A DNA stretch of 36,350 nucleotides from positions 1 through 36,350 of IMG/VR virus record IMGVR_UViG_3300032155_000031. One strand, given 5' to 3'. Within the stretch, counting starts at the first letter, position 1, and each line of letters opens with the position of its first letter. A program made the translations under genes and the position numbers. Shown piece after piece: positions 8,800 through 16,455 of this stretch. The notes under the pieces were generated by a model. It worked only from the letters and a program-made list of their open reading frames with translations. It was not told where the DNA came from and ran no database searches. This stretch comes from a virus. Taxonomy: Duplodnaviria; Caudoviricetes.

Positions 8800-9078
8800 A
8801 TGAACAAGGTCCAGCTGATCGACGCGATCAAGAACGAGCAGCCCAACATCACCAAGTCCGACATCGAGCGCGTGTTGGACGCGTTCGTGGAAATCGTCAC
8901 CGAGAGCCTGACGCATGGCGAACGCGTGGTGCTGGTCGGCTTCGGCTCCTTCACAGTCAAGGACAAGGCAGCCCGCGAGGGACGCAACCCCAAGACCGGC
9001 GAGGTCGTCGAGATCGAAGCCCGGCGCGTGGTCAAGTTCAAGCCGGGCTCGGAGCTCGCCGAGCGCGTCAACTCTTGA
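8800..9078 (+). CDS. HU-family DNA-binding protein
   Basis: MNKVQLIDAI...LVGFGSF...AREGRNPKTGE...KFKPG signature. Confidence 0.95.
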   Translation: MNKVQLIDAIKNEQPNITKSDIERVLDAFVEIVTESLTHGERVVLVGFGSFTVKDKAAREGRNPKTGEVVEIEARRVVKFKPGSELAERVNS

Positions 9079-9140
9079 TGCGAAACCGCCCTGCGGGGCG
9101 GTCGCCGGGCGGTGGCGCGCCCGGCCTGATGAGCAGCCGA
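9079..9140 (+). ncRNA. Type II hammerhead ribozyme, copy 1; predicted cleavage after C9103
   Basis: GAAA 9082-9085; stem III ACCGCCC/GGGCGGT; GUC triplet; stem I GCCGGGC/GCCCGGC; CUGAUGA 9126-9132; short open stem II TGC/GCA. Confidence 0.88.
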
Positions 9141-9152
9141 GAGGAAAGCAAG

Positions 9153-9689
9153 ATGGAATACCAGCATTTCATTGGCGAAGGGCCGGAGGCCACTGCTCTC
9201 ATCAAGCAGGTGATGGCGGGGGTTAAGGCGTTTCAAGAGGCTGCCAGAACTCTTGAAGTCAAAACCGGTCTGAAGTTCTGGAGAACACGAGAGGGGATCG
9301 GCGGGCCCATGTTGGAGAACGGGATTGATAACGCCGAGGCTCGGAAGCGCGGGTTGAAGTTCAGATGCTTCGTCCCAGGCGAAAAGGCCTTTCATTGCTT
9401 CCTGCCTCACATGGGCACCAAAGCCGGGAGAGAGATGTCGGCAGAGATCGACAAGATCAACCGTCTCCGCTGTGACGCGAGCGACATGATCATCAAAGCC
9501 ACCGGGATGGAGATGACGGTGTACGACGGACGGGTAATTGCCCATTCCTGCGCGGGAGCCGCTGACGGCAAGATCGTGGTCAAAATCCCCATCAAAGGCA
9601 CGGATGGCGGCGATGACGCCATGCCGACACCCCCCGCTTGGTTTCGCCCTGCCAAGGAGTCCGAGGCCCTTGCCGTATTCGGGAAGTAG
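9153..9689 (+). CDS. Hypothetical protein between the two ribozymes (weak resemblance to phage Eac/DUF5420-type proteins)
   Basis: GAGGA RBS right after ribozyme 1; 178 aa; lower GC3 than neighbours; stop codon abuts ribozyme 2. Confidence 0.75.
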   Translation: MEYQHFIGEGPEATALIKQVMAGVKAFQEAARTLEVKTGLKFWRTREGIGGPMLENGIDNAEARKRGLKFRCFVPGEKAFHCFLPHMGTKAGREMSAEIDKINRLRCDASDMIIKATGMEMTVYDGRVIAHSCAGAADGKIVVKIPIKGTDGGDDAMPTPPAWFRPAKESEALAVFGK

Positions 9690-9751
9690 CGAAACCGCCC
9701 CCACGGGGGCGGTCGCCGGGTGGTGGCGCGCCCGGCCTGATGAGCAGCCGA
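9689..9751 (+). ncRNA. Type II hammerhead ribozyme, copy 2; predicted cleavage after C9714
   Basis: GAAA 9691-9694; stem III ACCGCCCC/GGGGCGGT; GUC; stem I GCCGGGT/GCCCGGC; CUGAUGA 9737-9743. Confidence 0.85.
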
Positions 9752-9760
9752 TGGAGAACC

Positions 9761-9988
9761 ATGATGCGCATCCTCTTCACCATCAGCATCTTTGTGTGGC
9801 TATGGGCTGCCTGGATGGCTGGAAGGGCATATCAGGCGCGCACGGATCTGCACGCCGTCCAGGAGAAGGTCGAGGAACACCAGCGTGCCATGGACCGCGA
9901 ACTGGAACGCATGTCAACGGCCCTGCTGCAGGTGGACCGGAATGCGGACGAGTGCGTGGCCCTGATGGAGGAGGTTCTGCGGCGATGA
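9761..9988 (+). CDS. Small membrane-anchored coiled-coil protein
   Basis: GGAG RBS; hydrophobic N-terminus ILFTISIFVWLWAAWMA. Confidence 0.65.
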   Translation: MMRILFTISIFVWLWAAWMAGRAYQARTDLHAVQEKVEEHQRAMDRELERMSTALLQVDRNADECVALMEEVLRR

Positions 9989-10260
9989 GCTCTATGCAGA
10001 CCAAGGCCCGCTCGGCCTGCGAGACGTGCCGACACAATTCCAACGACTTCCTCTATCCCGGCTGCCAGAACTACGTCTTCAGGGCTGGCCGGGAGGTTCA
10101 AGTCTGCCGCTACGTGCCCCAGGACGCCTCCGTGATCGTTCCCTGCGCCGACGGCTACACCTGCCCGAAGCGGGAGCGCTGCGTCCACTGGCTGGGAGGC
10201 GGCATCGGCGAGGCTTTCTTCAGGGTCTATGGCCCAGAATGCCCCAAGGAGGTGTGCTGA
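9985..10260 (+). CDS. Cys-rich hypothetical protein
   Basis: GGAGG RBS; ATGA coupling; CETC and CPKRERC motifs. Confidence 0.6.
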   Translation: MSSMQTKARSACETCRHNSNDFLYPGCQNYVFRAGREVQVCRYVPQDASVIVPCADGYTCPKRERCVHWLGGGIGEAFFRVYGPECPKEVC

Positions 10261-10631
10261 TGAACACGAGACAGATCCTGGCCACGGTGATGGCGGACCG
10301 CTTCGCGCAGGGCGCCCGGTGCATCGGTGTAGACATGCTGCGCTGCCTGCTCAACAGCCGTCTGCCGGATGGACGCTGGCTGACGCCGGAGGAGTTCCGG
10401 GAGCTGCTCGACGCCGTCGGCGCGAAGACGCTCCGAAACCGTGGGCTGACGGTCGAGCTGACCCCGGCCTTCGTGGCCTCCCTGCAGCTTGGAGCGGACG
10501 AGGACGGCTCGCTGCGGCAAAAGGCGGGTGAGAGCGGCTCCCGCATGGACGCCCTGGTGCGGCCTATGGAGTGCCCCTGGGCCACGGGCAAGATCACGGT
10601 CGAGTCTCCCTGGGAGCGTTACGTCATGTAG
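10260..10631 (+). CDS. Hypothetical protein
   Basis: AAGGAGG RBS; TGATG coupling. Confidence 0.6.
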   Translation: MNTRQILATVMADRFAQGARCIGVDMLRCLLNSRLPDGRWLTPEEFRELLDAVGAKTLRNRGLTVELTPAFVASLQLGADEDGSLRQKAGESGSRMDALVRPMECPWATGKITVESPWERYVM

Positions 10632-10675
10632 GTGGGGTGTACACCGAGTGTACACCTCCCCGGAGAACGGTTGAA

Positions 10676-12082
10676 ATGAACACCGCACCAGCCTGTCACC
10701 GCACCCCTGCGCCACGCTGCGCCAGCTCTCTGGCTGAGCTTGCGTCTGCTCCCGTGTCCGGCCTCCCGCCGCATGACCGGGAGGCGGAGCAGGCGGTGCT
10801 GGGCGGCGTGCTGCTTTCCAACAAGACCCTTTCGCTTCTGGCCTCGGTCGTGCGCGATGAGGATTTCTTCTTCCCGGCGCACCGCATGATCTGGCAGGCA
10901 ATGCTGGGGCTCTTCGAGGCTTCGCAGCCCGTGGATCTGCTGACCGTGGCGGACACCCTGGCGCGAGCCGAGACGCTGGAAGCGGCAGGAGGCCGGGCCT
11001 ACCTGGGCGAGTTGGCCGCGGCAATCGTCCCGTCGGCCAACGCAGAGTATTTCGCCGGGCGCGTCAGGGAGTTGGCCGGGCTGCGCCAGCTCATGGGCAC
11101 CGGTGTGCACATGGTGCGCGAATCCCAGGCTCCTGGCGCTGAACTTTCCGATCTGCTGGACCGGACGGGCGCTGCTCTGCTGCGCATCGAGTCGCGGCGT
11201 CAGGACACGGCGATCTTCGAGTCCGGCTCCCTGGTCACGGAAACCTTGAATCGCCTCGCCGACCTCGCCGGAAAGACCGGCGACGTCACCGGCGTGACGA
11301 CCGGCTACAGCCGTCTGAACGAGTACACGGCTGGCTGGCAGCGTTCGGACCTCATCATCCTGGCGGCGCGCCCTTCCATGGGCAAGACGGCGTTGGCGCT
11401 CAACTTCGTGCGTAACGCAACCCTTTCGGGCACGGCGGCCGCAGTCTTCTCGCTGGAGATGAGCAAGGAACAGTTGATGGCCCGCCTGCTCTGTATGGAC
11501 GGCGAGATCGACCTGCAGAGGTTCAGACGCGGCTGGTTGCACGACGACGAATGGAGCCGCCTGCGCGCCGCCGGAGCGAGACTTTCCGCCCTTCCGCTCT
11601 TCATCAACGACACCCCGGCGCTGAACGTCATGGAGATGCGCGGCATGTGCCGCAGGCTTGCCAGGGAGCGCGGCCTTGGCCTGGTCGTGGTGGATTACCT
11701 GCAGCTGATGCGCGCGGCCAGGCGCGTGGACAACCGGGAACAGGAGATCGCGGAGATCTCTCGCAGCCTGAAGGCCCTGGCCAAGGAGCTGAACATCCCG
11801 GTGATCGCGCTGTCCCAGCTCAACCGCAAGGTCGAGGAACGCTCGAACCGTCGGCCCATGCTGTCCGACCTCAGGGAAAGCGGCAGTCTGGAGCAGGATG
11901 CCGACGTGATCGCGTTCATCTACCGGGATGAGGTGTACAACAAGGAGTCTCCCAAGAAGGGGACTGCGGAGATCATCATCGGCAAGCAGCGCAACGGGCC
12001 GATCGGGGAAATCGAGTTGCGTTTCGAGGGGCCTTCGGGGAGATTCCTGGAGCTCTACGAACCCATACCCGAGAGGACATGA
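10676..12082 (+). CDS. dnaB: Replicative DNA helicase DnaB (phage-borne)
   Basis: PPHDREAEQAVLG, AARPSMGKT, FSLEM, VVDYLQLM, LSQLNR, SDLRESGSLEQDAD, KQRNGP motifs. Start codon uncertain. Confidence 0.95.
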   Translation: MNTAPACHRTPAPRCASSLAELASAPVSGLPPHDREAEQAVLGGVLLSNKTLSLLASVVRDEDFFFPAHRMIWQAMLGLFEASQPVDLLTVADTLARAETLEAAGGRAYLGELAAAIVPSANAEYFAGRVRELAGLRQLMGTGVHMVRESQAPGAELSDLLDRTGAALLRIESRRQDTAIFESGSLVTETLNRLADLAGKTGDVTGVTTGYSRLNEYTAGWQRSDLIILAARPSMGKTALALNFVRNATLSGTAAAVFSLEMSKEQLMARLLCMDGEIDLQRFRRGWLHDDEWSRLRAAGARLSALPLFINDTPALNVMEMRGMCRRLARERGLGLVVVDYLQLMRAARRVDNREQEIAEISRSLKALAKELNIPVIALSQLNRKVEERSNRRPMLSDLRESGSLEQDADVIAFIYRDEVYNKESPKKGTAEIIIGKQRNGPIGEIELRFEGPSGRFLELYEPIPERT

Positions 12083-12561
12083 CCATGCTGCGCCGCATTC
12101 TGCCCCTTCTTCTGCTGCTCGTTTCCGTCTCCGCCTCTGCGGAGACCATCACCGGCACCGTGATCCGCGTCTCGGACGGCGACACCCTGGTCATCAGGTC
12201 CGGGGCCGAGAACATCAAGGTCCGGCTCTACGGCGTGGATGCGCCGGAGAAGAAACAAGATTTCGGCAACAAGGCCAAGGACGCCCTGACTTCCATGACG
12301 GCCCTTCAGACCGTCCAGGCCGAGGTCATGGACAAAGACAGGTACGGCCGCACCGTGGCCATTGTCACCGTCGGCGATGCCGAGCCCGTGAATCAATCCC
12401 TGCTCAGGCTGGGCCTGGCGTGGGTCTATGACGCGTACTGCAAGAGCACGATCTGCGCCGACTGGCGCAAGGTCGAACGGACCGCCAGAGAGGCCAGGGC
12501 CGGGCTGTGGAGCGATCCAGCTCCCACGCCCCCCTGGGAATACCGCAGGAGGAAGCATTGA
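12079..12561 (+). CDS. Thermonuclease (SNase) family protein with signal peptide
   Basis: VSDGDT, VRLYGVDAPE, DRYGR, GLW...PWEYR; hydrophobic leader ending in ASA. Confidence 0.92.
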   Translation: MTMLRRILPLLLLLVSVSASAETITGTVIRVSDGDTLVIRSGAENIKVRLYGVDAPEKKQDFGNKAKDALTSMTALQTVQAEVMDKDRYGRTVAIVTVGDAEPVNQSLLRLGLAWVYDAYCKSTICADWRKVERTAREARAGLWSDPAPTPPWEYRRRKH

Positions 12562-13010
12562 TGGCGACAGCCAACCGCAATGCCTTGCTGGCCAAGGTGC
12601 ACATCGCCAAGACGCAGCTTGGGCTGGCCGATGAGGACTACAGGGACATGCTGGAGGAGCTGACCGGACAGCGTTCGGCCTCGAAGCTGCGCCCTGCTCA
12701 GCTCCTTTTCGTGCTGCAGCACTTCGAGGAGCGCGGCTGGCAGTCCAAGCCCAAGAAGAAGTCCGCTGCGGACACGCACGGCAAGCCCTCCGGGGCCCGG
12801 CCCGGGAGCAAAGGCATGATGGCCAAGATCGAGGCGCTGCTAGCTGAGAAGGCGCGGGTTGAGGGCCTTGGCTACCTGCCCTGGGATTACGCCAAGGCCA
12901 TTCTGCAGCGCCAGGGCGGGCCGGACAGGTTCGAGTGGGCCGAGGACGAGCAGCTGCGCGGCGTGATCGCGGCGCTGTACGCGGACGGGAAGCGCCGGGG
13001 GTGGTTATGA
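12561..13010 (+). CDS. gemA: GemA / Mu gp16 (DUF1018) family protein
   Basis: LAKVHIAKTQLGLADEDYRDML...TGQRSASKL and KIEALL motifs. Confidence 0.88.
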   Translation: MATANRNALLAKVHIAKTQLGLADEDYRDMLEELTGQRSASKLRPAQLLFVLQHFEERGWQSKPKKKSAADTHGKPSGARPGSKGMMAKIEALLAEKARVEGLGYLPWDYAKAILQRQGGPDRFEWAEDEQLRGVIAALYADGKRRGWL

Positions 13011-13423
13011 ACCTTACCCAGGCGTGCCTTGAAGAACTTCCCGGCTCGCTGCGCGAGCTGGCCCCGCTGATCGGCCTGAGGGGCTGCACCAAGCTCGCCG
13101 AGGTGTACGGCGGGATCGGCAAGCTCTACATCCCGGCGCAGATGCCGCCGGATCATCCTTTGTCGTCTCTGCTGGGCTGGGAAACGGCCCGCAAGCTCGC
13201 CGAGGTGTATGGGGGGGACTACATCCTTTCGATCCCGCGGTGCGTGGATGCCCTGCGCCGGGCGCGCGACCGCGAGATAGTGCGCATGCGCTCTCAGGGC
13301 ATGACGCCTCCGGCGCTGGCCAGGGGTTTCGCCCTCACCGAGCGCCAGATCTGGATCATCCTGGCCCGGGCCAAGGGGGAGGCGCACCGTCGCCAGCCCC
13401 AGGCTCGCCTGCCGGGGCTGTAA
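13007..13423 (+). CDS. Mor/C-family late transcription activator
   Basis: YGG..LYIP repeats, RDREIVRM, LARGFALTERQIWIIL HTH. Confidence 0.88.
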   Translation: MNLTQACLEELPGSLRELAPLIGLRGCTKLAEVYGGIGKLYIPAQMPPDHPLSSLLGWETARKLAEVYGGDYILSIPRCVDALRRARDREIVRMRSQGMTPPALARGFALTERQIWIILARAKGEAHRRQPQARLPGL

Positions 13424-13542
13424 CCCTCCACCATACCCGCCTTTGGGCCCGGCCGGTCGCTGGAAAAGGCCCGAATTTCCTTCTTTCTCCGCCGCCCGGC
13501 GGCTGCCCCGCCTCGCTATCCTCCGGCGCAGGAGGATGAAAA

Positions 13543-13746
13543 ATGAAGTTGCATGAAGAAAGCGACCATCCGTTCGATGTCGCGTCGCGAATCGCGGATG
13601 TTGCGCACCTGCTTTCCGATTACTGTGCCCAGGTAGATGAGCAAAACAGCAGGGCAACTGCGGGTATGTCCGTTGTATTGTTGGCAGTAGCGGACAGTGC
13701 CGATTACGTCAGAAGGTCCATTGACCAAAAATACGATCTCCCGTAA
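13543..13746 (+). CDS. Small low-GC hypothetical protein (moron-like)
   Basis: AGGAGG RBS; 67 aa; sits between mor and the lysis genes. Confidence 0.6.
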   Translation: MKLHEESDHPFDVASRIADVAHLLSDYCAQVDEQNSRATAGMSVVLLAVADSADYVRRSIDQKYDLP

Positions 13747-13776
13747 TGAAGCGATACTCCCCCTATACCCGTTTCA

Positions 13777-13822
13777 CCTGATCCACTTCAGGCTCAAGGC
13801 CAGTCTAACATTCATGTAGTCC
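13777..13822 (+). promoter_or_regulatory. Putative Mor/C-activated late promoter (lysis/packaging operon)
   Basis: Dyad CCTGA-N6-TCAGG followed by CTCAAGG and GTAG at the same spacing as in 20972-21017. Confidence 0.65.
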
Positions 13823-13906
13823 ACCGACCAGAGAGGCGCGGTAGCGCCGATGGTTGCTTTCCTTCCTCCCCGGTCGCTTCGGCGACCGGGGCAACAAGGA
13901 GAAGAC

Positions 13907-14374
13907 GTGGACGAACGAATTTCCCCCCATTTCCAGCTGTCGGAGTTCCTGCGCAGTGAGTCCGCAGCCCGGCATGGCATCGACATGACGCCGAACGCGG
14001 CCGCCCGCTTGAACCTCAAGCGGCTTTGCGAGCTCGTCCTGGAGCCGCTGCGCGCGGCCCTGGGGCCGGTGCACATCACCTCGGGCTACCGCCCGGAACA
14101 GCTCAATGAGCTGATCGGCGGCGCGCGCGGATCGGCGCATCTTGACGGCCGCGCCGCGGACATCGTGGTCACGGGCAAGAGCCCGGCCGAGGTGGCCGCA
14201 TGGCTGGCCGCGAGCGGCCTGCCTTTTGACCAGGTCATTCTGGAATTCGGTCGCTGGACCCATGTCGCCGTGCCCGTGGGCGGCGAGGCGCACAGGCGCC
14301 AGGCGCTCACGGCCGTGCACCGCGCGGGCCGGACCATCTACCTTTCGGGCCTCCAGGCCGGGGAGGTCGCGTGA
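13907..14374 (+). CDS. Endolysin, peptidase M15 family
   Basis: SPHFQLSEF, ITSGYR, SAHLDGRAAD, FDQVILE, WTHV; GTG start after AAGGAG. Confidence 0.9.
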   Translation: MDERISPHFQLSEFLRSESAARHGIDMTPNAAARLNLKRLCELVLEPLRAALGPVHITSGYRPEQLNELIGGARGSAHLDGRAADIVVTGKSPAEVAAWLAASGLPFDQVILEFGRWTHVAVPVGGEAHRRQALTAVHRAGRTIYLSGLQAGEVA

Positions 14375-15015
14375 GCTGGCTGTCGCGCAACTGGAGCAAG
14401 CTGGCCAAGGGCGTGCTCTCCGTGATCCCGGGCGGCGGGGTGATCGCGACCGGGCTCGACCTGGCCGAGAGCGTCGCGGACGCCATCGGAGGAGAGGCCG
14501 GAAGCAAGATCGCCGAAGGGGCCAAGATTCTTCAGGAGGGCCTCGAATCAGCCAACTCCCAGTCCCTGCCGCCCGAGGTGCAGGAGCGCATCCAGGAGGC
14601 CGCCATGCAGCACCAGGAGCGCATGGCGGAGCTCGGCATCGAGTCCCAGCGCATCGAGCTTGAGGACACCCAGGGCGGGCGCGATCTGGCCAAGACCGAG
14701 ATCGAGAGCGAGGACGAGTACGTCCGCCGCACCCGCCCCATGCTGCTTCGCGTCTTCGGCATCGGCTCTCTCGTGCTGGTGGCGGCCATCGTGGCCGTCG
14801 GCACGGCGGCGGCCTTCCTGGCCGACCTCTCACAGACGCAGGCGTCGTTCCTGATCGAAGTCTACCAGTGGGCGCTGACCGGCATTCTGGGCGCCTTCTT
14901 CATGATGTTCCGGGCCTATGTCGGGGCCAGGTCAAACGAAAAGATCGCGGAGTCCACCGGATCCATGCCCCTGACGTTCATGGACCGGCTGCTGCAGCTC
15001 AAAGGGAAGAAGTGA
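14371..15015 (+). CDS. Putative holin (3TM/GTA-holin-like)
   Basis: Follows the endolysin; VRRTRP motif followed by two hydrophobic helices and YVGARSNEK. Confidence 0.7.
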   Translation: MSWLSRNWSKLAKGVLSVIPGGGVIATGLDLAESVADAIGGEAGSKIAEGAKILQEGLESANSQSLPPEVQERIQEAAMQHQERMAELGIESQRIELEDTQGGRDLAKTEIESEDEYVRRTRPMLLRVFGIGSLVLVAAIVAVGTAAAFLADLSQTQASFLIEVYQWALTGILGAFFMMFRAYVGARSNEKIAESTGSMPLTFMDRLLQLKGKK

Positions 15016-15239
15016 TGGACGTGATCGACGATGCGCAGGCCGCCGAGGCGGCCATCCGGGCGGAGCAGCTGAGGCTCGCCCGCAGACGCCAAACGAAGGG
15101 CCCGGCTCCGGATATGGTGGACGGGGTTCCGCACTGCGCGGACTGCGGCTGCCCGATCCCGCCGGCGCGGCTTGAGGCCGTGCCCGGAGCGGGTCTGTGC
15201 ACGGCCTGCCAGGCCATGAGGGAGGGCAGCCATGCTTGA
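15015..15239 (+). CDS. TraR/DksA C4 zinc-finger protein
   Basis: MDVIDDAQ; CADCGCPIPPARLEAVPGAGLCTACQ. Confidence 0.9.
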   Translation: MDVIDDAQAAEAAIRAEQLRLARRRQTKGPAPDMVDGVPHCADCGCPIPPARLEAVPGAGLCTACQAMREGSHA

Positions 15240-15588
15240 AACCATCCAAAAGTGGCTCCCGCTCGTGGTGCTGGTCATCCAGCTGCTGCTGTCCTGGTTC
15301 ATGTGGACGCTCTCGCGCCAGTTCATGCCGCGCAAGGAGTGCGAGCAGTGCCGTGAGGACATGAAGAGGAAGGTGGACGTGCTGGAGAAGGGCGCCGCCG
15401 TGGCGGACGCCCTGCGTTCCGGAACGCCGACGGTCGAGGAGATCGGCGAGATCCACACCTCGGTCGAGGCGATCCGTGGCGACATCAAGGGGCTGCGGGC
15501 CGACATCAACGGCCAGGGTGAGCTGCTTCGCCGCCTGGAGCGTCCCGTCAACCTGCTCATGGAACACCATCTGAAGGACGGCCGCTGA
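15232..15588 (+). CDS. DUF2730-like membrane/coiled-coil protein (Mu gp25-like)
   Basis: N-terminal TM; coiled coil; LLMEHHL end; syntenic position. Confidence 0.7.
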   Translation: MLETIQKWLPLVVLVIQLLLSWFMWTLSRQFMPRKECEQCREDMKRKVDVLEKGAAVADALRSGTPTVEEIGEIHTSVEAIRGDIKGLRADINGQGELLRRLERPVNLLMEHHLKDGR

Positions 15589-15890
15589 TGAACTTCGCCG
15601 AACTGCTCTCCCAGGACCGCCGTCTGGCGATCCTGCGCTTTCTTTCCGAAGCCCCGGGCTACGAGCTCAACCTCTTCGTGCTCAAGTCCGCGTTGGACGC
15701 GACGGGACACAACGTCTCCAGCGACACGCTCGGCGGCGATGCCGCATGGCTGGCCGAACAGGGCCTGGCGACGCATGAGACGCTGGCCGGCGGCACGATC
15801 ACCGTGCTCGGCCTCACCCCGCGCGGTCACGACGTGGCCGCTGGCAGGGCCCGCCATCCTGGCGTGAAGCGTCCCGAGCCGGGGGTCTGA
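15588..15890 (+). CDS. Mu gp26-like winged-helix protein
   Basis: DRRLAILRFL, WLAEQGL, LTPRGHDVAAGRA..PGVKRP. Confidence 0.8.
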   Translation: MNFAELLSQDRRLAILRFLSEAPGYELNLFVLKSALDATGHNVSSDTLGGDAAWLAEQGLATHETLAGGTITVLGLTPRGHDVAAGRARHPGVKRPEPGV

Positions 15891-15892
15891 TC

Positions 15893-16447
15893 ATGCCCAA
15901 GGTGTCCACCATCAAGCGCCTGCCGCCCGAGGTCCGGGAGTTGATCAACGGCCTGTTCGACCGCGGTCGGACTCTCGACGAAATCCTGGCGGCCCTGCGT
16001 GAACTCGACGTCGTGGACGTGAGCCGATCCTCGCTGCATCGCTACAAGCAGCGCATGGACAAGATCACCGAGCGGATCCGGCGCACCCAGGCGCTGGCCG
16101 AGGCGGCGGTGCGCACTCTGGGTACCGTCCCGGAGTCCAAGACAGCCCGGGCCAACATCGAGGTCATGCACTCCATCCTCATGGAGATGATGGAGAGCAT
16201 CGACCCGAGCGGCGAGGACGCCGACAAGGCGGCCATCGACCCCATGCAGGGGATGCTGTTGGCCAAGGCGCTGGACCATCTCGCCAAGGCGGCCAGGAAC
16301 GACGCTGAGCTGACCATCAAGATCCGCGAGCAGGTCCGCAAGGAACTGGAGGCCGAGCAGCGGCAGAAGATCGACGAGGCCGTTGAGACCGGCGGCCTGG
16401 ATCCGGCGGCGGCGGAAGAGGCTAGGCGCATTCTCGGGTTCGCATAG
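15893..16447 (+). CDS. Putative small terminase (Mu gp27 / DUF3486)
   Basis: STIKRLPPEVR, VSRSSLHRY; directly upstream of terL. Confidence 0.82.
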   Translation: MPKVSTIKRLPPEVRELINGLFDRGRTLDEILAALRELDVVDVSRSSLHRYKQRMDKITERIRRTQALAEAAVRTLGTVPESKTARANIEVMHSILMEMMESIDPSGEDADKAAIDPMQGMLLAKALDHLAKAARNDAELTIKIREQVRKELEAEQRQKIDEAVETGGLDPAAAEEARRILGFA

Positions 16448-16455
16448 GGGGCCTC

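Noticed and set aside
10257-10263. CTGATGA as a third hammerhead core (also at 15585-15591)
   Set aside because: These are TGATG stop/start overlaps with no flanking stems or correctly placed GAAA/GUC.
13440-13490. Rho-independent terminator after mor
   Set aside because: The stem is imperfect and the U-tract is interrupted; too weak to call.
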